64,000 bases of DNA from positions 125,192 through 189,191 of the forward strand of contig JBBRND010000004.1 in the NCBI GenBank assembly GCA_038230515.1. The letters are read 5' to 3'. Origin of the DNA: Bacteroidia bacterium. GTDB taxonomy: Bacteria; Bacteroidota; Bacteroidia; AKYH767-A; 2013-40CM-41-45. Below are positions 1 to 10,571 of the stretch, piece by piece (positions within the stretch are counted from its first letter, which is position 1; each line of letters opens with the position of its first letter). The notes beneath the pieces were generated by a model. That model searched no databases. It was not told where the DNA came from and saw only the letters and a program-made list of their open reading frames with translations. The translations under genes and the position numbers were made by a program.

Positions 1-2498
1 AAGAAGCTCTATTGCATTTTGAAAAGTTCACGACTCTGGAATTTGGAACAGCATTTCATTTCACATCCGATAACAAATTTGAATTTCAATTCTCTCCTCA
101 GCCCTCTTTCAATAAGAACTTCGCGCTGCTCACTAAAAATCTTCAACAGAATGCTGAGCTGAAAATAAAGAACCTCATTCTTGTTGATTCTGCCAAACAG
201 AGTGAGCGTCTGTATTCCATCTTCGAAGATTTAGAAAAGAAAAATCCTCGTGAAAATAAAGTAGAGTTCACCTCCATTCCGCTTTCACTGCACGAAGGAT
301 TTATTGATCACGAACTCAAGCTTGCCTGCTATACCGATCACCAGATTTTTGATCGCTACCATCGTTTTCGGTTAAAGAAAAACTACAGCAAGAGCGAAGC
401 AATTACGCTGAAGGAATTGTACGCGCTCAAGCCCGGAGATTTTGTCACGCATATTGATCACGGTATCGGCAGATACGGAGGGCTTGAAATTATTGATGCT
501 GGCGGAACTCCACAGGAAGCGGTGCGATTGATTTATAAAGACAACGACATTCTTTATGTAAGCATTCACTCACTGCATCGCATTGCAAAGTACACGGGAA
601 AAGAAGGAACTGCTCCGTCTCTTCACAAACTCGGCTCTAATACATGGAGCAACCTGAAGCAGAAAACAAAGAAGCGCGTTAAGGATATTGCAAAAGATCT
701 GATTAAACTTTATGCGCAGCGCAGGGCGAAGAAAGGTTTTGCATTCAGTCCTGATACGTACATGCAAACAGAACTTGAGGCCAGTTTTATTTACGAAGAC
801 ACTCCCGACCAGATAAAGAGCACGCGCGATGTGAAGAAGGATATGGAGAAGGAATATCCTATGGATCGTCTTATTTGCGGTGATGTTGGTTTCGGAAAGA
901 CAGAAGTGGCGCTGCGCGCAGCATTCAAGGCAGTGAACGATAGCAAGCAGGTGGCAGTGCTTGTGCCGACTACAATTCTTGCATTGCAGCATTACCAGAC
1001 TTTCAAAGACCGGCTGAAAGATTTTCCATGTACGATTGATTACATCAACCGTTTTAAGACTCCCGCAAAGCAAAAAGAGACACTTCAAAAATTAGCTGAG
1101 GGAAAAATTGATATCATAATCGGCACACATCGCTTGCTCGGCAAGGATGTAAAGTTCAAAGACCTTGGATTAATGATTGTGGACGAAGAACAAAAATTCG
1201 GAGTGGCTGCAAAGGAAAAGCTTCGCGCCCTGAGGGTAGATGTAGATACTCTCACGCTTACTGCTACGCCAATTCCGCGTACGCTGCATTTCTCTTTGAT
1301 GGGCGCACGTGACATGAGCATCATCAACACTCCGCCACCGAATCGTTTTCCAATCACCACTGAACTGCATGTCTTCAACGATCAGCTGATTCGCGAAGCA
1401 ATCAATTATGAAGTGGAAAGAGGCGGCCAGGTTTTTTTCATTCACAATCGCGTGAGCGATATTCATGACATGGCTACAATGATTCAGAAACTTTGTCCGC
1501 AGGTAAGTATTTCTGTCGGACATGGGCAGATGGACGGAGACAAGCTCGAAGAAGTCATGCTGCATTTCATCAGCGGTGAAAGCGATGTACTGATCTCAAC
1601 CACAATCATTGAAAGCGGACTTGACATTGCAAATGCAAATACAATCATCATTAACCAGGCGCAGAATTTCGGTTTGAGTGACATGCACCAGATGCGGGGG
1701 CGTGTGGGGCGTTCAAATAAACATGCGTTCTGTTATTTGCTCACACCGCCAACAACAGTGCTCACCAGCGAAGCGCGGCAGCGACTCAAAGCGATTGAAG
1801 AATTTTCAGATCTCGGAAGCGGCTTCAACATTGCAATGCGTGATCTTGACATCCGCGGAGCAGGAAATTTATTGGGAGGGGAGCAGAGCGGATTCATCAG
1901 CGAAATTGGTTATGAGATGTACCACAAAATTCTTGATGAGGCAATTGCAGAACTTAAGGAAACAGAGTTTGCCGATCTCTTCAAAGAAGAAATTGAATCG
2001 AAACCATTTGTGCGTGATTGTACGATTGAAACCGATCTCGAGATAATGCTGCCGACAGATTACGTGAACAGCGTAAGTGAGCGATTGCTTCTTTACAAAG
2101 AAGTGGATGCGCTTGCTAATGAAGAAGCATTAAAGACATTTGAAAATAATCTTCGTGACCGATTCGGCCCAATGCCAAAACAGGCAAATGAATTGATGGC
2201 AACTATTCGCCTGCGATGGCTGGCAGGGAAACTTGGATTTGAAAAAATATCGCTTCGTAATAAACGTATGACCGGATACTTTGTGAGCAATCCTGCCAGT
2301 CACTTTTACAATTCAGAAATTTTCGCACGCATCATGCAGTTTGTAAAAGAAAATGCTGCGCGATGTAAAATGAAGCAGGAGGGAAATAAACTTTCGCTCA
2401 GTATTCAAAAGGTGGAAACAGTGGATAAGGCGAATGAAGTGTTGGGGAAAATATCAGGTTGGCTTTTTCGCGAGAGTCATTCTTGCCATAGTGAATAA
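1..2498 (+). CDS. mfd: Transcription-repair coupling factor, 5' end outside window
   Basis: CarD/TRCF-type segment (LKPGDFVTHIDHGIGRY), helicase motifs GDVGFGKT, DEEQ, TATPIPRTL, QMRGRVGRS and a C-terminal TRCF domain. The frame is open from the window edge. Confidence 0.97.
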   Translation, partial: EALLHFEKFTTLEFGTAFHFTSDNKFEFQFSPQPSFNKNFALLTKNLQQNAELKIKNLILVDSAKQSERLYSIFEDLEKKNPRENKVEFTSIPLSLHEGFIDHELKLACYTDHQIFDRYHRFRLKKNYSKSEAITLKELYALKPGDFVTHIDHGIGRYGGLEIIDAGGTPQEAVRLIYKDNDILYVSIHSLHRIAKYTGKEGTAPSLHKLGSNTWSNLKQKTKKRVKDIAKDLIKLYAQRRAKKGFAFSPDTYMQTELEASFIYEDTPDQIKSTRDVKKDMEKEYPMDRLICGDVGFGKTEVALRAAFKAVNDSKQVAVLVPTTILALQHYQTFKDRLKDFPCTIDYINRFKTPAKQKETLQKLAEGKIDIIIGTHRLLGKDVKFKDLGLMIVDEEQKFGVAAKEKLRALRVDVDTLTLTATPIPRTLHFSLMGARDMSIINTPPPNRFPITTELHVFNDQLIREAINYEVERGGQVFFIHNRVSDIHDMATMIQKLCPQVSISVGHGQMDGDKLEEVMLHFISGESDVLISTTIIESGLDIANANTIIINQAQNFGLSDMHQMRGRVGRSNKHAFCYLLTPPTTVLTSEARQRLKAIEEFSDLGSGFNIAMRDLDIRGAGNLLGGEQSGFISEIGYEMYHKILDEAIAELKETEFADLFKEEIESKPFVRDCTIETDLEIMLPTDYVNSVSERLLLYKEVDALANEEALKTFENNLRDRFGPMPKQANELMATIRLRWLAGKLGFEKISLRNKRMTGYFVSNPASHFYNSEIFARIMQFVKENAARCKMKQEGNKLSLSIQKVETVDKANEVLGKISGWLFRESHSCHSE

Positions 2499-2733
2499 TC
2501 AAATTTAATTACTTTATTAAGAAAAAGGAGTTCCTTCAAAGGTTTTTTTCCACACGGCATCTTACATATCTCACAAACATACCCTTCAAACCCTGTAAAT
2601 ACGCAAGATGAAAATAGACTCGGCTGATCCATACAGATAACCCAATATTATCATTAAGAAACGGCTGTTCATCTCTTGGATTTTTAACCTTATGCTATTC
2701 GGAACTTTTAATTTTAAATTTCACACGCCCGTA

Positions 2734-3693
2734 ATGAAATCAGTCCGCATCTTTGCAATCCTCGTCATCTATATTCTTCTACAATTTGTGTGGTGGAGTT
2801 ACCTTCTCGTAAAATTAAATGACGAAGTCTATGAGCACAGAATCGAAAATGTATATTTGAAGAATGCGGACGAAGCACAAGCAAGAGCGGAGGAACGAAA
2901 GCTCATCGTAAAACTTCACTCACGCTATTGGATGATTTTGGGCGAAGGAATAGTATTCCTCTCGCTGCTCTCATGGGTAACTTTTCAAACGGTTCGATCA
3001 ATCAGAAAAGAAATGGAACTCGCACGGATGCAGAAAAATTTTCTTCTCAGTATCACGCACGAATTCAAATCGCCACTGGCATCCATCAAACTTTATTTGC
3101 AAACTATACAGAAACATTCGCTCGATAAAGATAAGGAGCAATCGTTTATTGCGAAAGCCATTGCAGATACCGAACGCCTCGACACGCTGGTAGAGAACAC
3201 GCTACTCGCAAATATGATTGATCACAAAGGATATTCATTCAACAAAGATCAGATCAACTTCAGTGCTCTTGTGCGGCTCATCACGCAAAAATTTAATTCG
3301 CTACCCGATTTTGAACAGCGCATTCAGCAGAGGATTGCCGATGACATTTCAATTTACGGAGACAAACTTGCGCTCACACTATTGCTCAATAATCTTTTTG
3401 AGAACGCTTTAAAATATTCTCCGCAGAAAACAGAAGTAAATGTGGAGTTGAAAAAAGAAGGAGAAAAGATTTTGCTAAAAGTATCCGACCACGGACAGGG
3501 AATCTCATCTGCTGAAAAAGAAAAAGTATTCCGCAAATTTTACCGCAGCGGAAACGAAGAAACGCGAAAGACGAAAGGAACCGGCTTGGGATTATTTCTT
3601 GTAAAGTATATTTCCGAAAATCATAACGGGAAAATTTCTGTCAGAGACAACCATCCTCAGGGAAGTATTTTTGAAATTATTTTTTCGGCTTAG
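2734..3693 (+). CDS. Membrane sensor histidine kinase (HisKA + HATPase)
   Basis: Two TM segments, H-box ITHEFKSPL, N-box NLFENALKYS, G-boxes DHGQGI and GTGLGLF. ATG at 2734 preferred over 2692. Confidence 0.92.
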   Translation: MKSVRIFAILVIYILLQFVWWSYLLVKLNDEVYEHRIENVYLKNADEAQARAEERKLIVKLHSRYWMILGEGIVFLSLLSWVTFQTVRSIRKEMELARMQKNFLLSITHEFKSPLASIKLYLQTIQKHSLDKDKEQSFIAKAIADTERLDTLVENTLLANMIDHKGYSFNKDQINFSALVRLITQKFNSLPDFEQRIQQRIADDISIYGDKLALTLLLNNLFENALKYSPQKTEVNVELKKEGEKILLKVSDHGQGISSAEKEKVFRKFYRSGNEETRKTKGTGLGLFLVKYISENHNGKISVRDNHPQGSIFEIIFSA

Positions 3694-3696
3694 CGA

Positions 3697-3849
3697 TTAT
3701 TGCTGACTCGCAAAGAAGCTGACTGCCACAAAAACGAAAGCATAAAATAAAACTACAGCCATCAGGTTCACCATCGGTTTTCTGTAAAGCATATATTTAT
3801 CAAATAAGACCTGATGAAATTCATTTTCGTGTGTGTACATTTTTTCCAT
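3697..3849 (-). CDS. Possible 50-aa small membrane protein
   Basis: MEKMYTHENEF...VVLFYAFVFVAVSFFASQQ has one C-terminal hydrophobic helix. Its stop abuts the convergent kinase stop. Confidence 0.4.
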   Translation of the reverse strand: MEKMYTHENEFHQVLFDKYMLYRKPMVNLMAVVLFYAFVFVAVSFFASQQ

Positions 3850-3984
3850 GCAATAAAAATACGCCTTCAATAAACCCTTGGTAAGAAAAAACCACCTTTC
3901 TCTTACACAACACATTCCAATTCCTTCCATTTTTGTAATTTCGCGCTGCACTCAATTGTTAATTTCAAATTCTAATTCCCCAAT

Positions 3985-6252
3985 ATGGCATTCGACATAA
4001 ACATGATAAAGCAGGTCTATCAGAACCTGCCTTCGCGCATCAGTGCGGCTCGCAAACTTGTAAACCGTCCGCTCACGCTTACTGAAAAAATTCTTTACAC
4101 CCATTTGAGCGAAGAACTTCCTCAAAAACCTTTTCAGCGCGGAACTTCTTATGTTGATTTCAATCCTGATCGTGTGGGAATGCAGGATGCTACTGCGCAA
4201 ATGGCGTTGCTTCAGTTCATGCAGGCGGGAAGACCGAAAGTTGCTGTGCCTTCTACCGTTCATTGCGACCATTTAATACAGGCACAGGTTGGTGCGAAAG
4301 CAGATCTCACAACAGCACTTGATAAAAACAAAGAGGTGTACGATTTTCTTGCATCGGTCTGTAATAAATACGGACTCGGTTTCTGGAAACCCGGAGCAGG
4401 AATTATTCACCAGGTAATTCTTGAGCAGTATGCTTTCCCCGGTGCGTTGATGATCGGAACGGATTCTCACACCGTAAATGCAGGAGGACTCGGAATGATT
4501 GCCATCGGAGTTGGTGGTGCTGATGCATGTGATGTAATGGCAGGACTTCCGTGGGAATTAAAGTTTCCGAAACTCATCGGAGTAAAACTCACGGGTAAAT
4601 TGAGCGGATGGGCTTCTGCGAAAGATGTTATTCTGAAAGTTGCAGGCATCCTAACCGTGAAAGGCGGTACAGATAAAATTCTTGAATACTTTGGCGAAGG
4701 CGCGGAGTCGCTTTCATGCACGGGCAAAGGAACCATCTGCAACATGGGAGCGGAGATCGGAGCGACTACTTCTATTTTCTGCTACGATAAAAAGATGGCT
4801 GATTATCTGAAAGGAACCGATCGCGCTGATGTGGCAGCCGAAGCAGATAAAGTATCTGAGCATCTTCGCGGGGATAAAGAAGTGTATGAATCTCCCGAAA
4901 AATATTTTGATGAAGTGATTGAAATAAATTTGTCAGAACTTGAGCCGCATATCAACGGACCATTCACTCCCGATCTTGCGTGGCCTATTTCAAAGTTTGC
5001 AGCAGCAGTAAAAGAAAATGGTTGGCCCCGTTATTTCGAAGTGGGCTTGATCGGCTCGTGCACCAATTCATCTTACGAAGATCTTACACGCTCTGCTTCC
5101 ATTGCGCGGCTTGCCATCAAAAATAAATTAAAATCAAAATCAGAATTTACAATTACTCCCGGTTCGGAGCAGGTGCGTTACACTGCCGAACGTGACGGGC
5201 TGCTTCAGGAGTTTGAAGAAATTGGCGGAGTAGTTCTTGCCAATGCCTGCGGTCCGTGCATCGGGCAGTGGGCGCGGCATCGCAAGAGTGGTGAGCCGAA
5301 AAATTCCATCATCACTTCTTACAACCGCAATTTTGCAAAACGAAATGACGGTGATCCGAACACACATGCTTTTGTTGCATCGCCTGAAATTGTAACTGCC
5401 ATGGTTCTCTCTGGCGATCTTTGTTTCAACCCGATGACGGACACGCTCACTAACGGTGCGGGCGAAAAAATAAAACTTCCTGAACCGATGGGAATGGAAC
5501 TTCCTCCAAAAGGTTTTGCAGTTGATGATGCCGGCTATCAGCAACCTGCGAAGGATGGAAACAATATTCAGGTGATCGTGTCACCAACTTCCGATCGTTT
5601 GCAAATTCTCGATCCGTTTGCTCCATGGGAAGGAACCGATCTGAAGGGATTAAAACTTTTGATAAAAGCAAAAGGAAAATGCACAACCGATCACATCTCC
5701 ATGGCGGGTCCGTGGCTGAAGTATCGCGGACATCTCGACAATATTTCAAACAACATGCTCATCGGTGCGCTCAATGCTTTCAATGATAAAACGGATTCAG
5801 TAAAAAATCAATTGACCGGTGCGTATGATACTGTGCCGAAAGTTCAGCGTGCATACAAAGCAGCGCATGTCGGTAGCATTGTAGTGGGCGATGAAAATTA
5901 TGGCGAAGGTTCTTCGCGCGAACATGCAGCGATGGAGCCGCGCCATCTCGGTGTGCGCGCCATTCTTGTAAAATCTTTTGCGCGCATTCACGAAACCAAT
6001 CTCAAGAAGCAAGGAATGTTGGCAATCACGTTTGCAAACAAAGCGGACTACGATAAAATTAAAGAAGACGATACCATTGACATTCTCGGACTGCAATCAT
6101 TCGCTCCCGATTCTCATCTCACTGTTGCTTTTCATCATGCTGACGGAACAACAGACGAAATAAAAGTGAACCACACCTACAACGAAAATCAGATTGAGTG
6201 GTTTAAAGCCGGAGGTGCATTGAATATTATCCGCTCACAAGTTGGGGCGTAA
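3985..6252 (+). CDS. acnA: Aconitate hydratase, mitochondrial-like type
   Basis: [18 protein letters not shown], Fe-S cysteines GSCTNSS and ACGPCIG, swivel motif [11 protein letters not shown]. 755 aa. Confidence 0.95.
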   Translation: MAFDINMIKQVYQNLPSRISAARKLVNRPLTLTEKILYTHLSEELPQKPFQRGTSYVDFNPDRVGMQDATAQMALLQFMQAGRPKVAVPSTVHCDHLIQAQVGAKADLTTALDKNKEVYDFLASVCNKYGLGFWKPGAGIIHQVILEQYAFPGALMIGTDSHTVNAGGLGMIAIGVGGADACDVMAGLPWELKFPKLIGVKLTGKLSGWASAKDVILKVAGILTVKGGTDKILEYFGEGAESLSCTGKGTICNMGAEIGATTSIFCYDKKMADYLKGTDRADVAAEADKVSEHLRGDKEVYESPEKYFDEVIEINLSELEPHINGPFTPDLAWPISKFAAAVKENGWPRYFEVGLIGSCTNSSYEDLTRSASIARLAIKNKLKSKSEFTITPGSEQVRYTAERDGLLQEFEEIGGVVLANACGPCIGQWARHRKSGEPKNSIITSYNRNFAKRNDGDPNTHAFVASPEIVTAMVLSGDLCFNPMTDTLTNGAGEKIKLPEPMGMELPPKGFAVDDAGYQQPAKDGNNIQVIVSPTSDRLQILDPFAPWEGTDLKGLKLLIKAKGKCTTDHISMAGPWLKYRGHLDNISNNMLIGALNAFNDKTDSVKNQLTGAYDTVPKVQRAYKAAHVGSIVVGDENYGEGSSREHAAMEPRHLGVRAILVKSFARIHETNLKKQGMLAITFANKADYDKIKEDDTIDILGLQSFAPDSHLTVAFHHADGTTDEIKVNHTYNENQIEWFKAGGALNIIRSQVGA

Positions 6253-6257
6253 TATTT

Positions 6258-6932
6258 TTATGCCTGCCGGTTTTTGAGAATTGTTTCTGCAAGCATCAGA
6301 TCAACAGGAAAAGTGATCTTGATGTTTTCGCGCTCACCTTCTATCAGATTTATTTTTTCTCCTGATGATTCTGTTACTGACGCATCATCAGTAAAAATGT
6401 TTTTAAATTCTGATTGATATGCTTTCTTCAGAATTTCTGAATTAAAATATTGCGGGGTTTGAATGATGACGAATGAATTTCGGTCTGCAATTTTGCTTCC
6501 CTCCTCCTCTACTTTTCTAATTGACTCATTGATGCGAATGCATGGCACTGCATTTCCTTTTTGTTCTGCCTCAACAAAACATTTTTTTATCAGCGCAACG
6601 CTTGCAAACGGGCGCACTCCGTCATGTATGGCTACAATGCTTTCTTCTTTTACAAACTCAAGCCCGTTCTTTACTGAATGAAACCGTGTTTCGCCTCCGG
6701 CTGCAAGCTGATGGGGAATGTTGAAATTATGTTTTGCACAAAGTGTTTTCCATTCTTCCATTTCTTTTTGCGGCAGCACAACGATGAGTTGCATCTGTGC
6801 ATCGGCTTCGTGAAACCGCGCAATGGTGTGCATGAGGATGGGCTTGCCGTCTAGCAGCAGAAACTGTTTGGGGGTTTCTGCTTTCATTCGGCTGCCGCTG
6901 CCGCCTGCTACTATGATGATGTAGTGTTTCAA
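6258..6932 (-). CDS. ispD: 2-C-methyl-D-erythritol 4-phosphate cytidylyltransferase
   Basis: AGGSGSRM..PKQF, GGETRFHSV, IHDGVRPF, QTPQ, TDDAS, NIKIT. TTG start. Confidence 0.95.
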   Translation of the reverse strand: MKHYIIIVAGGSGSRMKAETPKQFLLLDGKPILMHTIARFHEADAQMQLIVVLPQKEMEEWKTLCAKHNFNIPHQLAAGGETRFHSVKNGLEFVKEESIVAIHDGVRPFASVALIKKCFVEAEQKGNAVPCIRINESIRKVEEEGSKIADRNSFVIIQTPQYFNSEILKKAYQSEFKNIFTDDASVTESSGEKINLIEGERENIKITFPVDLMLAETILKNRQA

Positions 6933-7024
6933 ATCGGGGTATTATTTTTTGTAACCATGAAAGGGTTTAAAACCTTTTCGGATTATTTTTCACTTAAACT
7001 CCCCGCAACAAATCTACAAACTTT

Positions 7025-7056
7025 CGTTTATTCAACACCCGTATGTTGAATAAACG
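7025..7056. repeat. Perfect 13-bp inverted repeat
   Basis: CGTTTATTCAACA-CCCGTA-TGTTGAATAAACG, just upstream of the TAGATTTG -7 box of ispD (minus strand, ~7009-7016). Confidence 0.85.
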
Positions 7057-7116
7057 CAACTTCCCAACGTGTCAGCCCCCTAACGGAAATAAACAACACC
7101 TTTTCTCTTTTACGTT

Positions 7117-7368
7117 TCATACATTTCTTTAGAAGGCACATGCAAAAGGAAAGTATAATCATACAAAAGGAATGTATAGTCATGCAAGTAAAATGTATGA
7201 TCATACAAAAGGAATGTACGGTCATACATTCGTCCTGAAGGTACATACAAAGGAAATGTTTGATCATACATTCGCCCTGAAGGTACATACAAAGGAAATG
7301 TTTGATCATACATTCGCCCTGAAGGTACATACAAAGGGAATGTATGACCATACAAGCTTTGTAAAGCA
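7117..7368. repeat. Tandem array A: 12 x 21-bp palindromic units
   Basis: Consensus TCATACA-N7-TGTATGA. Units start at 7117 and every 21 bp to 7348. 7222-7347 is a near-perfect 3 x 42-bp higher-order repeat. Confidence 0.95.
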
Positions 7369-7544
7369 TCTTTTTGAACTAAAAATGCCATTTTGTGAAA
7401 TTTCTATAAAAACTAATGCCCCCTTCGGGATTATGACTCACATCCCAACTCACAACATCTGACGGCTCAGCAATGCGAAATCCCAACTTCTACCCCACTG
7501 TAGCGGCAGAAAGACTTTAGGAGATGGATTTGCAGGGCTGCATT

Positions 7545-7580
7545 AAAAAAAAAGGACTGCCTTGCCAGCAATCCTTCTTT
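7545..7580 (-). terminator. Intrinsic terminator after queA
   Basis: Minus strand AAGGATTGC-TGGCAAG-GCAGTCCTT followed by a T-run. Confidence 0.75.
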
Positions 7581-7641
7581 CAAATAAATCAATAAAATAA
7601 TTAACCTGTTTCTTCTTCTCTCCCCCTTCAGGGCATTGGGT

Positions 7642-8691
7642 TTAGATAATCAGCATGGCATCGCCATAGCTGTAAAACTTATACTTTTCTTTCACCGCTA
7701 CTTTATACGCATTCATCACGTTGTCGTATCCACCAAAGGCAGCCACCATCATCAGCAACGTACTTTCCGGCATGTGAAAATTTGTGATCATTGCATTTGC
7801 CACGCTGAAATCATAAGGAGGAAAAATAAATTTGTTTGTCCAGCCGTCAAATGGTTTCACATCGCCCTGCGTAGAAACTGATGTTTCGATAGAGCGCATT
7901 ACCGTAGTGCCCACCGCGCAAACTCTTTTCTTGAGCGCGCGCGCTTTGTTTACAATCTCACAACACTCCGCAGGAATAATAACCTGCTCGCTATCCATTT
8001 TATGTTTGGTAAGGTCTTCCACTTCCACCGGGCGGAAAGTTCCAAGCCCAATATGCAGCGTAAGTTCAGCAAAGGTTACACCCTTCAGCTCCATGCGCTT
8101 CATCATCTCCATGCTGATGTGCAAGCCCGCAGTAGGTGCAGCCACAGCACCTTCATGCTTTGCAAACACAGTTTGATAACGCTCTTCATCCTCCGGTTCT
8201 GCTTTGCGCTTTATATATTTCGGAAGCGGAGTGTTGCCAAGCACAGTAATCGCCTTTTTAAATTCCTCATAAGGACCATCGAACAGGAATCGCAGTGTGC
8301 GTCCGCGCGAAGTGGTATTGTCAATCACTTCAGCAACCAGCAAATCATCATCGCCAAAATAAAGTTTGTTGCCGATGCGGATCTTTCGTGCAGGATCAAC
8401 CAACACATCCCACAATCGGCTCTCACGATTCAGTTCGCGCAGAAGAAACACTTCAATCTTTGCACCGGTCTTTTCCTTGTTGCCATAAAGACGCGCAGGA
8501 AATACGCGCGTGTTGTTGAGGATTAAACAATCGCCCTCACCAAAATAACCGAGCGCATCTTTGAACTTCTTGTGTTCAATCTTTCCGGTCTTTTTATCGA
8601 GCACCATTAAACGGGAATCTCCACGGAACTTTGGCGGATGCGTAGCAATTAACACATCAGGCACGTGGGTTTTAAACTGAGATAATTTCAT
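7642..8691 (-). CDS. queA: S-adenosylmethionine:tRNA ribosyltransferase-isomerase
   Basis: [55 protein letters not shown]. Confidence 0.96.
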   Translation of the reverse strand: MKLSQFKTHVPDVLIATHPPKFRGDSRLMVLDKKTGKIEHKKFKDALGYFGEGDCLILNNTRVFPARLYGNKEKTGAKIEVFLLRELNRESRLWDVLVDPARKIRIGNKLYFGDDDLLVAEVIDNTTSRGRTLRFLFDGPYEEFKKAITVLGNTPLPKYIKRKAEPEDEERYQTVFAKHEGAVAAPTAGLHISMEMMKRMELKGVTFAELTLHIGLGTFRPVEVEDLTKHKMDSEQVIIPAECCEIVNKARALKKRVCAVGTTVMRSIETSVSTQGDVKPFDGWTNKFIFPPYDFSVANAMITNFHMPESTLLMMVAAFGGYDNVMNAYKVAVKEKYKFYSYGDAMLII

Positions 8692-8849
8692 TTTATAATT
8701 TTGGTTTGGAGACTAAAGGGGGTTATTCAGAGGATCACTTTTCCTGAAAATCGGGCGGCAAATATACATTAGCCACCCCCCCTTTGTAAAGGGTTTGTAA
8801 AGAAATATTTTGAGGAGATAATTCAGCCCTTAATGGTTTCGTCCTCAGA

Positions 8850-9497
8850 CTACTTACGGCTGAATTGTGAAGGATCGAGTGCATCTTTCAGTAAAAAAGT
8901 TCCGATTCGGGTACGGCATAAAGAGGCGAGAAACGCCCCGCAGCCCAGTTCCCTTCCGAAGTCATTTGCCAGCGAACGTATGTAAGTTCCCTTACTGCAA
9001 ACTACCCGGAAATGAACCAACGGAAGCTCGATTTTAACAATCTCAAATTCGGTAATCGTCAGTTTCTTCGGCTTCAACTCAAACACTTCCTCGTTGCGTG
9101 CCATTGCATACGCCCTTCTCCCACCAATTTTAACCGCTGAATGTTGAGGAGGCGTTTGCAAAATCTCCCCGATAAACTTTTTTGAAGTTTGATGAACGAG
9201 TTCTTCAGTAATGTGAGAAATGTCTCTTTGCTCCGTTACTTCCGTTTCAAGATCGTAAGAAGCAGTTGTAGCGCCAAGAGAAAAAGTCCCGGTGTATTCC
9301 TTCTCCGCATCCTGAATTTCAGAAATTTTTTTTGTCATCGCGCCAGTGCAAAGAATCAGCAACCCAGTTGCAAGCGGATCGAGCGTACCGGCATGACCGA
9401 TTTTTTCTCCGCGCAACCCATTGCGTATGTATTTCACCACATCGAAAGAAGTCCAGTTGTATGGCTTGTTGATCAGAATTATTTTGTCGGATGTCAT
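8850..9497 (-). CDS. truB: tRNA pseudouridine(55) synthase
   Basis: NKPYNWTSFDVV, GHAGTLDPLATG, CSKGTYIRSLA. Confidence 0.96.
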   Translation of the reverse strand: MTSDKIILINKPYNWTSFDVVKYIRNGLRGEKIGHAGTLDPLATGLLILCTGAMTKKISEIQDAEKEYTGTFSLGATTASYDLETEVTEQRDISHITEELVHQTSKKFIGEILQTPPQHSAVKIGGRRAYAMARNEEVFELKPKKLTITEFEIVKIELPLVHFRVVCSKGTYIRSLANDFGRELGCGAFLASLCRTRIGTFLLKDALDPSQFSRK

Positions 9498-9617
9498 AAG
9501 GGCGGCAAATATAGTCCGTAGATATTAGTTCGTAGTTCACAGTAATAATCAGGCATTTTATTTGAGCACTGTTTCTCAGTTCATGATCAGTTAATAATAT
9601 TCTGTTCACCTTGCACC

Positions 9618-10535
9618 ATGAATATTTTCAGAATTCTACTTCTCCAGTTATTGCTTGTCTCGTTTCTTTCATGCACACCTCAGGCAAATCACACGCCCGG
9701 CTTTCAATATGATCTGCAGCATCCCGTTGCCCACTATGAATTGCCTCATTCGCTTCGCGAGATTTCAGGAATTACTTTTTACAGCGATCACAAACTCGCC
9801 TGTGTCCAGGATGAGAAAGGAAAGATTTATATCTACAACCTGAAAAAAGAAGAAGTAAAAGAAAGCGTTCCCTTCGGTCCCGATCATGATTACGAAGCCG
9901 TGGCACTTGTGAATGATACATTCTATGTACTTCACAGCACAGGAACTTTATTTGAAATTACTCATTTCGATTCTGAAAGCCAGCAAACAAAAAAGTACGA
10001 CACCTTTCTGAAAAAAGAAAATAACACGGAAGGATTGTGTTACGATAGCACCACACACAGTTTGCTTGTTGCATGCAAAGGTGTTTCGCATAAAAAAGCG
10101 AAAGAGGATATAAAAGAAATTTATATGTTCAGTTTGCTTACTGATAAATTAGATAAGAAACCGCAATACAAAATCCATTTAAACGACCTCGAAAAATTTA
10201 TGCATGATCATCACGTTGCAAAGCCGGAGGATGAGCAAGAGCATGAAGCACAAAGCGACAAGTTGAATTCGTTTTTCGAACCATCAGAAATTGCCGTACA
10301 CCCACAGAGTCATGATATTTATGTGTTGAGCAGTGTCGGAAAAATGATCGTTGTTCTAAATCGAAACGGAGAAATAAAAGACGTTGCTACTCTTGATCCC
10401 GCAATAGCCGAACACCCAGAAGGAATGACTTTTTCAAATGACGGTCATCTATTTATTTCTTCAGAAGGAAAGGGCGCGAAGAAAGAGATACTTGAATTTT
10501 CAATATCTACGAATAATGATTTGAAAACGAATTAA
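9618..10535 (+). CDS. SdiA-regulated (YjiK-like) beta-propeller lipoprotein
   Basis: Lipobox FLSC; motifs LREISGI, QDEKG, DYEAV, NTEGLC, HPEGMTF, ISSEG. Confidence 0.75.
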   Translation: MNIFRILLLQLLLVSFLSCTPQANHTPGFQYDLQHPVAHYELPHSLREISGITFYSDHKLACVQDEKGKIYIYNLKKEEVKESVPFGPDHDYEAVALVNDTFYVLHSTGTLFEITHFDSESQQTKKYDTFLKKENNTEGLCYDSTTHSLLVACKGVSHKKAKEDIKEIYMFSLLTDKLDKKPQYKIHLNDLEKFMHDHHVAKPEDEQEHEAQSDKLNSFFEPSEIAVHPQSHDIYVLSSVGKMIVVLNRNGEIKDVATLDPAIAEHPEGMTFSNDGHLFISSEGKGAKKEILEFSISTNNDLKTN

Positions 10536-10571
10536 ATCAATTAGTGAATATCCGTTATGTTAGGGCTCTTG

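Noticed and set aside
3985-6252. Mitochondrial-like aconitase as possible eukaryotic transfer
   Set aside because: This aconitase type is normal in Bacteroidota.
7038-7043. Loop CCCGTA resembling the tssD hairpin core
   Set aside because: A 6-nt match with unrelated stems is expected by chance.
7117-7368. CRISPR array interpretation of the 21/42-bp repeats (also 34348-34635 and 44566-44722)
   Set aside because: Spacers are only 3-9 nt and often repeated, the repeats are degenerate, and no cas genes are in the window.
7028-7462. Three overlapping ORFs of 93-113 aa
   Set aside because: They are explained by stop-free repeat units, and no frame is clearly preferred. Not called as CDS.
8776-8782. 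C7 run in the queA promoter spacer
   Set aside because: Too short to argue for phase variation, and it sits at a housekeeping gene.
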